A stretch of DNA of 62,142 nt, counting the filler, from Choristocarpus tenellus KU-1152 (taxonomy: Eukaryota > Protista > Phaeophyceae), in the NCBI GenBank assembly GCA_964200185.2. It is 9 parts of 9 records of this genome, joined end to end, with 100 filler letters (N's around TTAATTAATTAA, not from the genome) between each part and the next. Parts side by side here need not be neighbours in the genome. Positions count along the whole stretch, not along the records: positions 23,933 to 27,155 come from CAXNAD020021429.1; positions 27,256 to 29,833 come from CAXNAD020026608.1; positions 29,934 to 33,500 come from CAXNAD020019214.1; positions 33,601 to 57,343 come from CAXNAD020000236.1; 5 more parts are not named here. One strand, given 5' to 3'. The notes under the pieces were generated by a model. It was not told the DNA's origin and did not search any database. It worked only from the letters and a program-made list of their open reading frames with translations. The translations under genes were made by a program, and so were the position numbers. Positions 25,093 through 37,849 of the stretch are shown in pieces. Each line of letters opens with the position of its first letter. Positions within the stretch are counted from its first letter, which is position 1.

Positions 25093-26373
25093 CTCCCTCT
25101 TGTCCCATAAGTCTGCGACATGATGAATTCTTACTTTTTATTTTGGCTGTTTCTTCACGAATATGAAGACTTTCCCAGTGATGTATGACCCCCAATCGAA
25201 CCTCTGGATATTACTGTTGGGAGGGTATTTTTGGTTTTACTATTTTGTTCCGAAGTAGATTATATCTGTTCCGAGAAGTGAGACCGAAAAAACGGTCCTT
25301 TTCGGTCCCATTTCCAGTGGTTGCGCTACACCTAGCGGTGGATACAACACCCCTTCATCGTCACACAACATCTCAGCACCTCGCCAAGAGTCATATGCCT
25401 CTCACTCAGCCCCCAGACTATCTGCGACATGAGTCCCATAGCCAAGCAGCAAGGAATCGCATCAACACGATTCAATCGATGAAGCATGGTTCTACTTCAT
25501 CCGCGACGGGGAGCTTGCTTCCCTGGTGAGGAAAGGGTGGACTCCATCAAGATACAGCGCAAGACTTACATTCCTAGAGTGATGTTCATTTGCGCTGTTT
25601 CGTGCCTAGATCCTTCTTGCAATTTTAACCGGAAAGTCGGATTTGGTGTGTTTGTGTCATCAAGAAGGCACAGAGAAATTTGGCCCACCGTGGGAGGGGG
25701 CAGCACTACGACTTGGATGTGACCACTAACGCCAAGTGGTACTGGGGGTGGAATGTGGAGACTTTCTCCCTGCATTGAAGGAAAAAAATACCTTGGTTGA
25801 AGGTTGAGCAGGTGACTGTGCAGCGGGACAGAGCGACCCCCCATGCAGGAAAATACATGCTGTGGAAGCTCAACGAAGTTGGGAAGGAGGGGGGGTGGAA
25901 CGTTAAGCGTAACACAGTCTATGCAGTCACCTGATTTCAATACCAACGATTTGGGGTTCTTTGCATCCCTAAATGTTCAATACCAACGATTTGAGGTACT
26001 ATAGGCAATCTTGTGAAAGGGGAAAAGAGCATGTATGGTGCGCACGGTGCAGCTACTTTGCAGTCGGTGTTGCAGAGCCTCTTTATGTGGTGTGATCAAG
26101 TTTTGAAGGCGCTAGAGGGTAGCGATTTCGAAATGCAGCACACTGGAACAAAGAAACGGAATTGTGAGTCAAGTCTCTCGAAATCAGTCAGAATCAACAA
26201 AGGGGCTTTTGATGGGGCAGTGAATTGGTGGATTGATGGGTACGAGGAAAGTGACGAAGACTGTTTTTCATGCAAAAAGCATCAAGGGATCCAACGTAAA
26301 AAAAAGTTCTTTCATCAGAGACCGTCTTGAGAAGTTACACCCATAACGTTGCAGACTTATGGGGCATGGAGAG
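25093..26373 (+). mobile_element. Tc1/mariner element of DD39D (plant-MLE/Stowaway-type), defective, both TIRs present
   Basis: TA|CTCCCTCTTGTCCCATAAGTCTGCGACAT ... ACGTTGCAGACTTATGGGGCATGGAGAG|TA. Transposase motifs IDEAWFY (~25477), RVMFICAV, VQRDRATPH (~25818) and QSPDFNTNDLGFFASL (~25924). The second-to-third Asp distance is 121 nt (39 intervening residues plus a 1-nt frameshift). Confidence 0.88.
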
Positions 26374-28349
26374 TATGACTATAATGCTGATGTACAATGA
26401 AGGTACAAACCGTAATGGTTGATATTGTTGCTACATCCCCACCAACAGCATGCAAGTTGGGTTATATTCTTCAGGGATGAGGTGGTATAATTGCCTGACC
26501 ACTGGTTCTGTTTAGGGGTGAATGCATCTGTGGGTCACATACTGCTTTGCTGAATGCCAATTTCCAAGAGATAGTGCACAACTAGAAATTTCAGGATTGG
26601 TTGGTGACTGGCCCATAAAAACGCTTCAACTACAAAAGTGCTCTGGACATATTCAACACCAGAAGCCAGCAGGGCAAGCAGACGTCACATTTGCTATATA
26701 CTATTGACAAACATTTGGAAGGTATACAGAGAAGGTGAAGAGTACAGGGAACCCCCTCTCTTGGGGAACCGCCCTGGTCTGAGGGAACCATCACTATACC
26801 ATACTTTTTTCACTTCTTAAAACGAAGTTTAGGGTTGATTCTCACAGACAGGTGAGCCAAAGTAAACGAGAGTATCCTGAGTTACATTCTAAGGATGCTG
26901 ACAAACACATTTAAAATTTGACTTTTTGTACAAATAAGTACTATTGGAACTTTTCTGAATGGTGTCGAAAAACAGTAGATAAATCAATGCTCTCAAGTCA
27001 ATCCTTGCAGTTCGTCCATAAAAATATGGACAACTTGAAAAAGATTAAAAATATTGTCTTAATATACGAAACGACCAAAACGTGAATCGTGTGATTCTGT
27101 GGCGGCGTGGTTCACTCAGGCGCAAGGGTGGCGAAGAGAATCACCGGGCAAGACGNNNNNNNNNNNNNNNNNNNNNNNNNNNNNNNNNNNNNNNNNNNNT
27201 TAATTAATTAANNNNNNNNNNNNNNNNNNNNNNNNNNNNNNNNNNNNNNNNNNNNCTTCCGGGTGCCCTGTGTTCTCTCCTGTCTCAGTGCAACACACGG
27301 ACTGCAGATCCTTTCTTCCCTGCATCCCAGGGCCCAGGCTGTCTGAAAGAGGGTCCCTGGACTGTCAAGGTGTTCGATGCCGTTGCCCGCGCCAGTTCCC
27401 GCATCATCATTACAACCACCAAGTACGTATCGAGAAATGTTGGTCCGATAAGGCCAGTTTCATTTGTAGCAGGAATCATGCATGTGATCGTTTTGTCGGT
27501 GTTGATCCTAGACCCAGCAGTCTGGGAACTGCAGGCATCAGACGTGCAGTACCACACTCCCGCCTAACTCGCAAGTAATGCAACTGGGAGTATTTTCTAT
27601 AAGACAGCATGGTGTGTCAGCTCTTTTGCTTGAATTGCTCATCAAGGTGGGCAAAGTCTTGTGACAGTATCTTTTTGGTCCATGCCATCTTCTTTTCACA
27701 GAAGTCTCTACAGTTGTTTCTGATAGTGGATGTTGGGTGGTATACAATTTCCAATCTTCTGCCAATGCCGAGAGAATTCATCAACGAAATGGGGGTGCCT
27801 GTATCAATAGAACTGTTTATTTTCCGTATGTCCAACTGATAAGATAACGGCAAGAACAACCTCGACAAAACTCGATTCAACAAAGAAGATACGCTGTTGA
27901 ACCTAGACGTCTTTTGCCGCTTCCACCCACTACGAACATGTGAGGAGTAGATATATCAAGATAGGTTTGTAAGGGGCAATGGTAGGATTTTCCCCTCGAA
28001 ACAACTGAACTGCGACCGCTTTACCACCAACCTCTCACAGTATGATGTTCCTCACAATGTGCCATGGCACATGGAACCTATGCAAAAGAGAACTCTTCCA
28101 ATAGAGTCTTTGCTTTAAGTTGTATGGATTTATTTTTTATCGGAGTGAGCACTGCCCTTGCTGGTGGGTTGGCTCTTACTTATATTATTATCTATTGCGC
28201 ACATCATCAGACACGTCAAAATGTGTCTGTGCCAGTCGCACTACGTCAGCCACTTATATTGAACAACATAAGAAATCAACCCATCGAGATTCGAACCTGT
28301 GGCTCTAAGCACACCAAATCAAATCATTGACCCTTACCCTACTCAGTCA

Positions 28350-29833
28350 ATACTTCTATTGTTTTTTGCTGTTCACCAAACATATACCTCGCTATATAGT
28401 TCCTAGCCTATATTGCACACTCCCCCATGAGCGTGTAGCAAAGTTGCTGACTAAAGCTCACTCTCGACGTGAAAGCACTGAATGCACAAAATCAGAAATA
28501 AAACTCTTGCGTGAAGACTTGGTTAAAACATCTGCCAATTGCTTGCATGTTGGAATATACTCGATATGAAATATGCCTTGATCTATATACTCTCTTGTGC
28601 ACTTCGACTTCATATCTACATGCTTAGTTCTGCCATTGAAGCCTGTAATGCTTCCCGATTGAATAGCACCACGGTTGTCACAGAACCAGGGAGTCTGGGC
28701 CTGTAGTGTGCCTATCTCCCCCAGAATGCCTCTAATAAAATCCAGTGGCGCATGCCATATGCCATTGCTGTCCACTCTGCCTCCGAGCTGGAGAGGGTGA
28801 CTGCGCCTTGAAGTTTGGAGCGCCAGGCAATCGGCGACTTGTTGAACAGTAGCAACTAGCCCGTGACACTTCTGCGTGTTTGGGGGTCTGTGCCCCAGTC
28901 AGAATCTCCATAACCCACCAGGAGTTCTTCGTCCCTCTCATTCATATCTTTATCCGCTCGATCATAATGAATGCAGACATCCAATGTCCTTGCTACGTAG
29001 CGCAGAACGTGCTGTAGTCCACGCCAGTGTCGCATGCATGGTGATGCTGCTCTACGCCCTAGTTCACATATACTGTTAGCCAGATCTGGTCGAGTCATGC
29101 CTGCTAAGAACATAAGTTTCCCAAGAACACTGGCATAGGGGTATATGATGGGATCTAGCTCCTCTTCCTGATCTTGTTTAGCAGAGAGGTCCTTGCCGGG
29201 GTCCAGTGATGTTGATGTCTTTCGTACTTCTAAAGTACCCATCCCAGCCATAACATTGATTTTAGCGTACATTTGTTGATCCAAGGTGATTCCATCTTCG
29301 CCCACAGTGATGCCCACCCCAATCAGCTTGTCTGGCGTACCTAAGTCCCGCCCCTCGTACTTTTTCAGCAGCGATGCCCTCATCCTCTGGATTTCTTCTG
29401 TGAAGTCCCCAGTGGTGAAAGTGTCGTCCACATAGGTCGTGAGAATAGCAATGCGTCCATCTTCACTCTTCTTGAAGTAGTAGAGGCACTCGTCATGTTG
29501 GCTGCTTGTCCATCCTTCTGATATAATGGTACTGCGTAGTTTATGGTACCATTCCATTGCTGACTGCTTCAGCCCATAGATTGCTCTCTCGGCCTTGACT
29601 GTGCAGTTATCAGGAAGCTCCAACCAGATGTCCTCCTGCAGATCAGCGTTGAGGTAGGCCTGTGTAAAGTCCAGGGCATCTATGCTCCAACCTCTGTACG
29701 CTGCAACTGATATGATGCATCGTAGTGTGTCATATCCAACCACCGGGCTGAAGGTTTCAAAGAAGTCCACTCCTGCATTTTGGGTGAACCCACGGGCCAC
29801 AAGTCTAGCCTTATATCTTTCCACTGACCCGTC
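28350..29833 (-). mobile_element. Ty1/Copia retrotransposon 3' part: RT, RNase H, PPT and start of 3' LTR (pseudogenised)
   Basis: ORF 28856-29824: RYKARLVARGFTQ..GVDFFETFSPV, AIYGLKQSA, YVDD, TRPDL, GYGDSDW. An in-frame stop and frameshift precede RTKHVD...KQLADVLTK (28458-28775). PPT GGGGGAG at 28420-28426 is followed by TG at 28419. Confidence 0.95.
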
Positions 29834-29994
29834 NNNNNNNNNNNNNNNNNNNNNNNNNNNNNNNNNNNNNNNNNNNNTTAATTAATTAANNNNNNNNNNN
29901 NNNNNNNNNNNNNNNNNNNNNNNNNNNNNNNNNCAGAAGAAACGTGTATTGGGGAAAGTAATGGGGGGTGACACGGCGCTATAAACGCCCATAG

Positions 29995-30358
29995 GCCAGT
30001 CCAGGTCCCCACTCCAAAACAGTATGATAGTAACAGCGACGTGGTTTGAAGTGACTTAGGTTCGGGTTTGAGTGGGTGGGACAAAGATTCTATGAAGGAA
30101 ATGCCTGAAACCCTGCAAGTTCAGGCCCCTGCTCCAAAACAGTATGATAGAGACAGCATCGTGGTTCGAAGTGAGTTAGGTTCGGTATTTAGCGGGCGGG
30201 ACAAAGATTCTATGGAGGAAATGCCTGAAACCCTGCCAGTCCAGGTCCTCGCTCCAAAACAGTATGATAGTGACAGCGATGTGGTTTCAAGTGAATTAGT
30301 GTCGGTATTTAGCGGGTGGGACAAAGATTCCATGGCGGAAATGCCTGAAACCCTGCCA
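29995..30358 (+). repeat. Three tandem 120-bp units (40-aa repeat), probably the integrase-RT linker of an LTR element
   Basis: Unit CCAGGTCCCCACTCCAAAACAGTATGATAG...GAAATGCCTGAAACCCTGC starts at ~30001, 30121 and 30241; downstream PPNNLIGE resembles the Copia pre-RT P-x-x-x-x-E-A motif. Confidence 0.8.
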
Positions 30359-30700
30359 GGATCCATGCTTCTGACCACCCATAGCGCCGACCCAGGTGCG
30401 GATGAGGATATCTATGACGGGTCTGGCGAAAGTGAAGAGAGTGGTTTGGAGGAGGTTTATCCATATAGTCGATATCCTCCTGGTAAGAGGCCAAGGAATT
30501 CTAGGGGTGTTGGGAGGGGCTATGAGGGACGAAACAGGGATGGGGTTTCCGAATCTCTACAAAGCTCAGGTTCTGATAAGCACGTCCCCTATCGCAAGGG
30601 GAAGGGAACACTCCTGTAAACCCCCCAATAACCTCATTGGAGAATGTGTTCTCTTCGGTACAGAGCAGCAGAGAGATAGACAAGAGAAAAGCTTCGGACC

Positions 30701-30960
30701 GAGCCAAAGTATCTTAGAGGGTAGAGCCGCGTCCATTTGGGGGTCAAAATCCAATGTTGTAATTTCGATGTAATTTTAGCTATCGTGTTTGTTAGGAAGT
30801 GTCAATATTCTTGTTCCGCACACACCTTTTCATGACGTATGCATTTTACCTACTCCGAAAATATCTTGGAGTGGGAAAATGTCATAAAAAAACCCGAGGG
30901 AAGCCAAGCCCCAAATGGACAAACAGGGCAAAACTCGTACCCTCTAAGATACTTTCACTC
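30701..30960 (+). mobile_element. MITE family A (near-consensus)
   Basis: GAGCCAAAGTATCTTAGAGGGTAG ... TACCCTCTAAGATACTTTCACTC; flanks ACC/ATT. Confidence 0.93.
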
Positions 30961-31165
30961 ATTGCCTGCGCAGTACATAGTGCTTTCCCTCAACAACATA
31001 TGTGTTGCATGCGTATCCTACAGCACCCATACCTCTTTCGATGAGTGTCATGCACCACGCTCCAGGACCGTGAAATCCAAGTCAAAGGAACAGAAGTCGC
31101 TTTAACTACAGACCCCTCCCTGACTTAAATTTGTTCAAAACAGGGTACTTCTTTTATGTACTTCT

Positions 31166-31441
31166 GAGGCAAAGCATTTAAGATGGTATGTACATGGACT
31201 TTTGCCCTGTTTGTCCGTTCAGGCCTTGGCTTTACACGTTTTTTTTATGCACTTTTTCGGTTTTCTGCGTGAACATATCGGATTTCTGAGTGGGTAAAAT
31301 GTGTAGGACTATGAAAGGTGTGACTGGAGCAAGGATATTGACATTTGCTATCAAACACGATCGCCAAAATGAATAAAAACCGCAACATTGGACTTATGAC
31401 CCCGAACGGACGTGGCCCTACCCTCTTAAATGCTTTGGGTG
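31166..31441 (-). mobile_element. MITE family A, diverged
   Basis: Internal TTTTGCCCTGTTTGTCC, CAAGGATATTGAC, AAACACGAT.GCCAAAAT and ACCCTCTTAAATGCTTTGG. Confidence 0.8.
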
Positions 31442-32893
31442 TTCTCTATGTCTGTTGTCCTTCACCTTTTCTTCGGTGTGATTCCTTGTGATGTGGTACC
31501 TTTTCTCCTACCTTCTCTTCTTCCAGAGGTGCACACAATTCCAATTGTTGTTGGTCATGCCTCACCAATGTAGTAGTGATGATCATAGTGGGAGTACCCT
31601 TACCAAGTCTGTCACTTCATATTTCAATAATGGCGGTACCAGCTCATTACCAGAAACATTTTCACCCCATATCACTCCTAATATTACTGCATCTGTCTCC
31701 TTAGATAACGATCGTGGAGTATTGCATTATGTCTACAGCATAACTGAAACTGAGAAGGAGAGGTTCTACATACACTAAGGACAGAGATTGACAGCATTGC
31801 AGCCTACGAATTATGGGGTTTGGAGGGTTCAGGCTTCACCAGCAAGGAGAAGATGACGCGCAACCACAACCCCCCCCACCATGGCATAATTCACAGGCTG
31901 CTCTCCTTCATTGTTCCTCCATTCCCGAGCCAAACCAATTGAGAATAGGCAAGTTAGGAATCATACATATTCTAAGCCATCTTTCGTGTCCTATGCAATG
32001 CACTCTATTTCATTGCTTTAAGTGCACACTAGTGTACACAAAATTGATGTTCCCCCTTTCTATACACACTAAAGATGCCACCATTCACCAAAGGCTCCTT
32101 CTGCAATTATGCAAAGCGGTGTTTATCTTTTAACAGATGTATACGGGGGATAGGAAGATCAAGCACATATCAGGTCTCACTGGAATGTCAGCAATCTTCA
32201 CGAGTTGGACGGGGATCATTGCCATCTCCGAATCATTCTTCAGAGTTTGTTGACGTTGTCAACTACCATGGATATTAGATTTCTCCTCACTTCTTCGCTT
32301 TTCGGCAGGGAAAGACCATTAGTCTCCACATGGTCAGGCACGGGGGTGTGTACCACATAACATTTTTTTTTTCTGAAAGTATATCCTAGTGTTGGAGATA
32401 TGAACAGCATGTTGTGAACAAGCACTTCTACAACAGATTGCACACAAAGTACTCTGTTGCGGACAGAGTAGTTGACACTATGAATATCTCATCAACAAGT
32501 ACAAGGAATGCAGTACAACAAACGTTTGATAAGATAAAAAGTTAAAGGATGTCTGTATTGAAAGAGAAACAAGGAGGGTTTTGATAAGGAGGTATAAAGT
32601 AGATCAAATGGCAATGCTGCATAACACAGAAGAGTATTGTGATATGTGATGCGAATATAAATTCAGCACACGGAAGGCATTGAGTTCCATTGACGTGCTC
32701 AGTGCAAACTGCAAAAGAGGAACAAATATATATGTTTGCACAATACGTGCTCATATTGGAAAACAGAAAATAGCTTACCATTCCATCTGAGGGTGGTTGG
32801 TTCCCTCATAGCTTTATCCTTCCCTCTGGCGGGGCAAAGCACTTTTCGACTTTAGTTTCTTTTAGATGTTACACAAAGAGAGACTTACATACT

Positions 32894-33150
32894 GAGCCAA
32901 AGTATCTTAGGGGGTAGAGCCGCGTCCATTTGGGGCCAAAATCCAGTGTTGCGATTTCATTGTAATTTTGGCTATCGTGTTTGTTAGGAAGCGTCAATAT
33001 CCTTGTTCCAGACGCACCTTTTCATATCATACATATTTTACCTACTCCGAAATGTCTTGGAGTAGGAAAATGTAATAAAAACTCTAAGGGAAGCCAAGCC
33101 CCAAATGGACAAACAGGGCAAAACTCATACCCTCTAAGATACTTTCACTC
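32894..33150 (+). mobile_element. MITE family A
   Basis: Full TIRs; TSD ACT/ACT. Confidence 0.93.
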
Positions 33151-33311
33151 ACTCTTCGACAAGCATATACTGAACGCCTGAAGATAACTTAATGATGCTT
33201 TCAGTGGGCTGAATTTATCCAACCGTCATTCCCTGACGATTTCTCGTGTAATACAGTGATGCCCTTTCATACATCTTGTGCCTGAAATCAGGTTACTGAT
33301 ATTCTGCTACT

Positions 33312-33480
33312 TCTGTTACAGACGAATAGCGGAGCGTTTCTTCTTGTATTTCAACCAAGTTCGAACATTTGTTACACGCGAATAGCGCAAGCATTTTCTC
33401 CTCATGTGTTAGGAAATACGAACATTTGTAACAGACATATAGTGTGAGGATTGTTTCTCGAGTTCTGACAAGTGCGAACT
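33312..33480. repeat. Degenerate ~56-bp tandem repeat, 3 units
   Basis: CGAACATTTGT(T/A)ACA..C.(A)ATAG recurs at ~33312, 33362 and 33419. Confidence 0.6.
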
Positions 33481-35149
33481 ATATACGATATTAGTAACAC
33501 NNNNNNNNNNNNNNNNNNNNNNNNNNNNNNNNNNNNNNNNNNNNTTAATTAATTAANNNNNNNNNNNNNNNNNNNNNNNNNNNNNNNNNNNNNNNNNNNN
33601 GCTCTCCGATCTCCCCCCCCAGATACTTTGAGCCACTAATTGGAGGCAAAGGAGAGATCTACGCAAGACGAAATGCTCAAAAAAAATAAATAATATATAT
33701 ATATATATATATATTTTCAAACGGACAGAAGGATCAAAAGATGGGTCTGCACAAACCAAACCAGGCAACGTAGAAAAAACAACTCACACTCACCCATGAG
33801 AGCATACACAACACACATGTATGCATGCATGAATGGGACTTCAAGCGAAGTTGCAAGTAGTCGGCCCTGATAAATGCACACGCCATGCCAGGTGTTCACG
33901 TAATGGCACGCGGTTGCATGATACATATTTGCAAATGGGTTGATTCCTCTGCAGTACAACAAGCATAGCCACTGAGGAAGAGCACCAATGTAGAACAATC
34001 AAAACAGACAACCCAGCTGCAGTTCTTAAGCACGGAGAGTACCAGACACAAAATCCCAACAAAGGAGTCAATGTAGCAGATACAGCAGAACATTGCACCA
34101 CACAATCACCACAACGGCAGAGGCTAGCAGGACACCTACACCACCTTGCCTGACATCAACACCGGGATTGCTGTATGGAACCCGGCCTTCTATTAATAAT
34201 GTATTCACCGTCTCTAGCTCATATTAGCACCGTCTCTACATCCACCCACCAAGAGAAGGCTAAATGAACAGCCAGGGGGAGGAAGGGGTGGGGGGGGAGA
34301 GGCAGCTCACATTGAGAAGCCACGACATGCACACTGCATGAGCAACCTTTCTGTCAAAGGCTGTGGGAACCGTAGCAGCCACTCCTCGGAAGGAACACAG
34401 CTGGCAGTCCAGCTCTGCAAAGGGGGGAATATTCAGGATGCACATCTTGCAAAACCTGGGTGCAGGAGGGGTGAGGACACACATAAGGTACTAACCGGTA
34501 GATTTCAAGTGCAACATGAAGGTACTTCATATGAGTTGCGGACCTCTCGATTGCCTTTACTCCGAGCAAAAAATATATGTGAAAGGAAGGGAAGTGCATC
34601 CAACAGTAGACTCTCCACATCAGCCACCTACCACCTCTGACACTGACATCAGCACTGGCACTTGGGTTCTTTCTCTTGAGCTCACACACCATTGTCTCTC
34701 CGTGTTTTCAAATACATCACAACCCACCATTAAGGTTGCTGTTGGTATTTCTGTCTCTCCAGACAAAGCTAAACACTAAGATAACCACATGAATAGACAA
34801 AGGAGATGCACAGGTGGCAACAGGATCCAATATCCTCATTCCTCCAAAAAAATCGCATTGCTATACAATAGAGTACACCCATAAACATACAACAACGGCC
34901 CCAAAGATACACACACACACACACACTGTTTGAGTCAGGAAGGAGCCATAGTCGAACTCTAATATGCTCAGGTGTGTGACCTACAATGCAGGCGTGGTTT
35001 AGATAACATGGGTTGCATGTCCTAGCCATCCACCAATCGTTTTATCAGAGATACATGGGAACCTCTACTGCTATCATCAATATCACCTAACAAAACTGCT
35101 TGTGAGAGTGGAAAGGGGTGGGGCAGGGGAGGGGACACATTAGGAGGTA

Positions 35150-37350
35150 GGGGGAAAATCTTCAACTATCATATCTGCAGTCAATCCTCACCAGTCCCCC
35201 TTGGGCTTATCGCCCATCCCATAGCACAGCTGGTGCACATTTACTGGGCAACCATCACACATGACAATGCGATTGTCCTCGAGATTGAAATCCCGGTCAT
35301 ATCCACACACATAACAGTCCTAAAGGTTTTTACACGCCCACAAAATGGAAGAAACAGGATGGAGCGAAGATAGTGTGTGGTGGGGGTGATGTAAGTTGTG
35401 AATGTGTAAAGGGTTGGTTGGGAACTGACAGAGAGGAGAGAGAGGGAGAGGCTCCTGTCATTGCTTTGTTCATGACGTGTAACACATAAGAGTCCCTTAG
35501 TCGAAGTAGAATAGTGTATTTTCCTTTAGTCATACTCAGAGAAAATTGCATGGGGAATATGGAGGTGATCATTGCAAAAATGCACCACGGTTTGGAGTGG
35601 GCAGGAAAGGAGGACAGAAGGCTGGGTGCATAATCATGAGTGTTTATCTTTCCTCTCTTCCCTTAGGCAAACAACCAATTGATCTGTCCAACTGAAGCAA
35701 CACATGTGCAGCAGTATTGCAGAATGGCTGCATGATTGCACTACTTGTTGAGGTACAGACTACATCCTTGGTGCCTTGCTTTTACCTCGCTGGTTATGTT
35801 GAACACAGCATAGACCAATACTAATCTTCTTGCCTACTGGACCCTGAGCTTGATTTGAACACATCAAGTTCACAACAGCCATAGAGACAAATCATCCTTC
35901 GCAGCTGACTGGGAGCTAGGTTCAACAAAAACACTGATTGGACCTATTGACGACTGTTGCATAGAGCCTAATGCCTCTCCGTCTTCTCCACGAGGTTCCT
36001 TAGTTGATTCATCTAGACCTGGACATTCTCGCATCTCACAATGAGCTATTTACTACCACCTCTGTTGGCCGATATAACTTACTAACCAAACGTAGGGCGA
36101 TACTTCCACAATAGCAACCCAAGGTAAGTCCTGAGACACCTCTTACCGTTTACAAAAACTGAACTGCAATCTCTCTGTGCTGCTGCCGTAGCCTACGATG
36201 ACACCTCCTCTACATCGTGCATCTACTGTTGGTATTGGCATGGAGTTCCTTCCATGCGTGTCAAATCTATGCAGTACATGACATTTTCGAGCGGAGTAGG
36301 GGCATTAACCCACCCAGTCCAAACAAACGTCACATTAGAGGAGAGATAACCAGATGCAAACAACATGTCCTCTATTCCAATACACTATCTCCTAATCCCC
36401 ATTTCCGGCGATCCTTAATGGTTAGAACGCTATTGCTGAAAATGGACCTTTTCCCTAAAGACTAAGGTTTTTCGATCGCTTTGGGACATGGAACCTACTT
36501 CGCTCTGGATACACGCGGATGACAAGAAAAGGAATCCAAGGACAAATCAACGCTCGTGCGGCACCGAATGCTTACGGATGAGGAATCAAAGCGGTGCGGT
36601 GCTGTCCTCGTAGGTGGGTAACTCGAGGCGAAATATGTTCGGCGTGAGTGCACAAACGATAGAGGGGTCCATGAGTCTCACATGTAGTGTTTAACATACC
36701 TCTTGAGCAAGGGATGCATCAAGCGGCGCCGCATTCGACAAACCACCTCCCTTCCAACCTGAGTTACCGATAATCCCATAGTTTCCGTAGCACTCTCCCT
36801 CATTGCAAGTATTGACACAGGATTCCCTCTTTGTCCTCGCTTCTTCGTTGAAGTCGTTCATTGTCCTAGAGTGTTTCCAGCTTCACGATATGAGCTGTAA
36901 ATCAGGGTTAAGAAGATGTCGAGAGATTTCCTCCCCCAGAATATTACACATGTACTGGAACGTATAACGTTGGGGAGGTCCAAAGAGGTCACAGGCTGTA
37001 TAACCCCTGAAGTACCAACACAAATTGCGTCCAGCCCTGAAAAGGTATCTTACTGTTTACCAAACACCTGGGAGGCTTTCGTCATATATACTGATGGATC
37101 ACTTGGAACAAAATGACTGTTCCCTCCATCAATTTTAACAGAATCATCTCTACAAATCAACTATTGAAAGTCGATCTGGCAAGCAATGTGGACTGTTGGA
37201 TTCCTGTATACATCTATCGTGTCCCTATAACTTAGTGGTAGGAGTATATAGAGACGACTATGTTAATAAACGAAGACTCCTATTTACTGGGCTAGTTGCA
37301 TCCATGGGATATGAGAGACTTCCCAAGGTGTGATTTTGATGCTTGGGGAG
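35150..37350 (+). mobile_element. Highly decayed non-LTR retrotransposon (RT plus RNase H type)
   Basis: IHADD (YADD-like) at 36509-36523, EVTGCITPEVPT (~36985) and FVIYTDGS (RNase H first motif, ~37078) occur in the expected order. Confidence 0.5.
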
Positions 37351-37849
37351 GATGGAAATGGAAAATGGATGCAATGTGGACAGGATAACTACTGGTGGAT
37401 CTGCCTAAAAGACTACCTCAAGAAGTTCAACGGGATCATGGTTGACGGATGGAGCACAAGGGCAATCAACAGAGGTGGTATATGAGTGTGTGGTTGGTGG
37501 GTACCACATGAGTTCACGGTAGAATGGTACTCCAACAAAGCTATAGTAACTGATGTACGTCACATCCAAGACAGCCCAAGCAACTACCACCACCACGGCT
37601 TCAACAGTAGTCTACCGAACGCTCCTGTTTTCCTTACCGTATTTCATATGTTGAGTTGATTTTGTTGTGTCCTTTTTCTTAATGCCTAGATTTTGAGGGT
37701 GTTGATACATTACAGTTGGGTTCTCTTCATACCCTTGTAGATAAACTGAGTTCTACTTTCTAAATCAGTTGTGACAGCTTTCTTGGATTAGTACTGCCAT
37801 TTGAAGCTCGGGCGGTTACGCCAACTACACACCCGTACCACTCTGTTGG

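Noticed and set aside
27256-28020. Possible transposase or PHD-like fragments (WYCTSDAC)
   Set aside because: No convincing catalytic motif in any frame.
28275-28350. tRNA gene
   Set aside because: B box present but acceptor and anticodon stems do not pair; kept only as a possible SINE head.
20680-33181. Recurrent short ORFs containing ILEGTSFALFVHLGLG / PSPKWTNRAKLVPSKIL / LPNKHDSQN
   Set aside because: All are chance translations of MITE family A, not a protein family.
33312-33480. Repeat-spacer-like pattern suggestive of CRISPR
   Set aside because: Only three degenerate units, the spacers resemble each other, there are no cas genes, and the context is eukaryotic.
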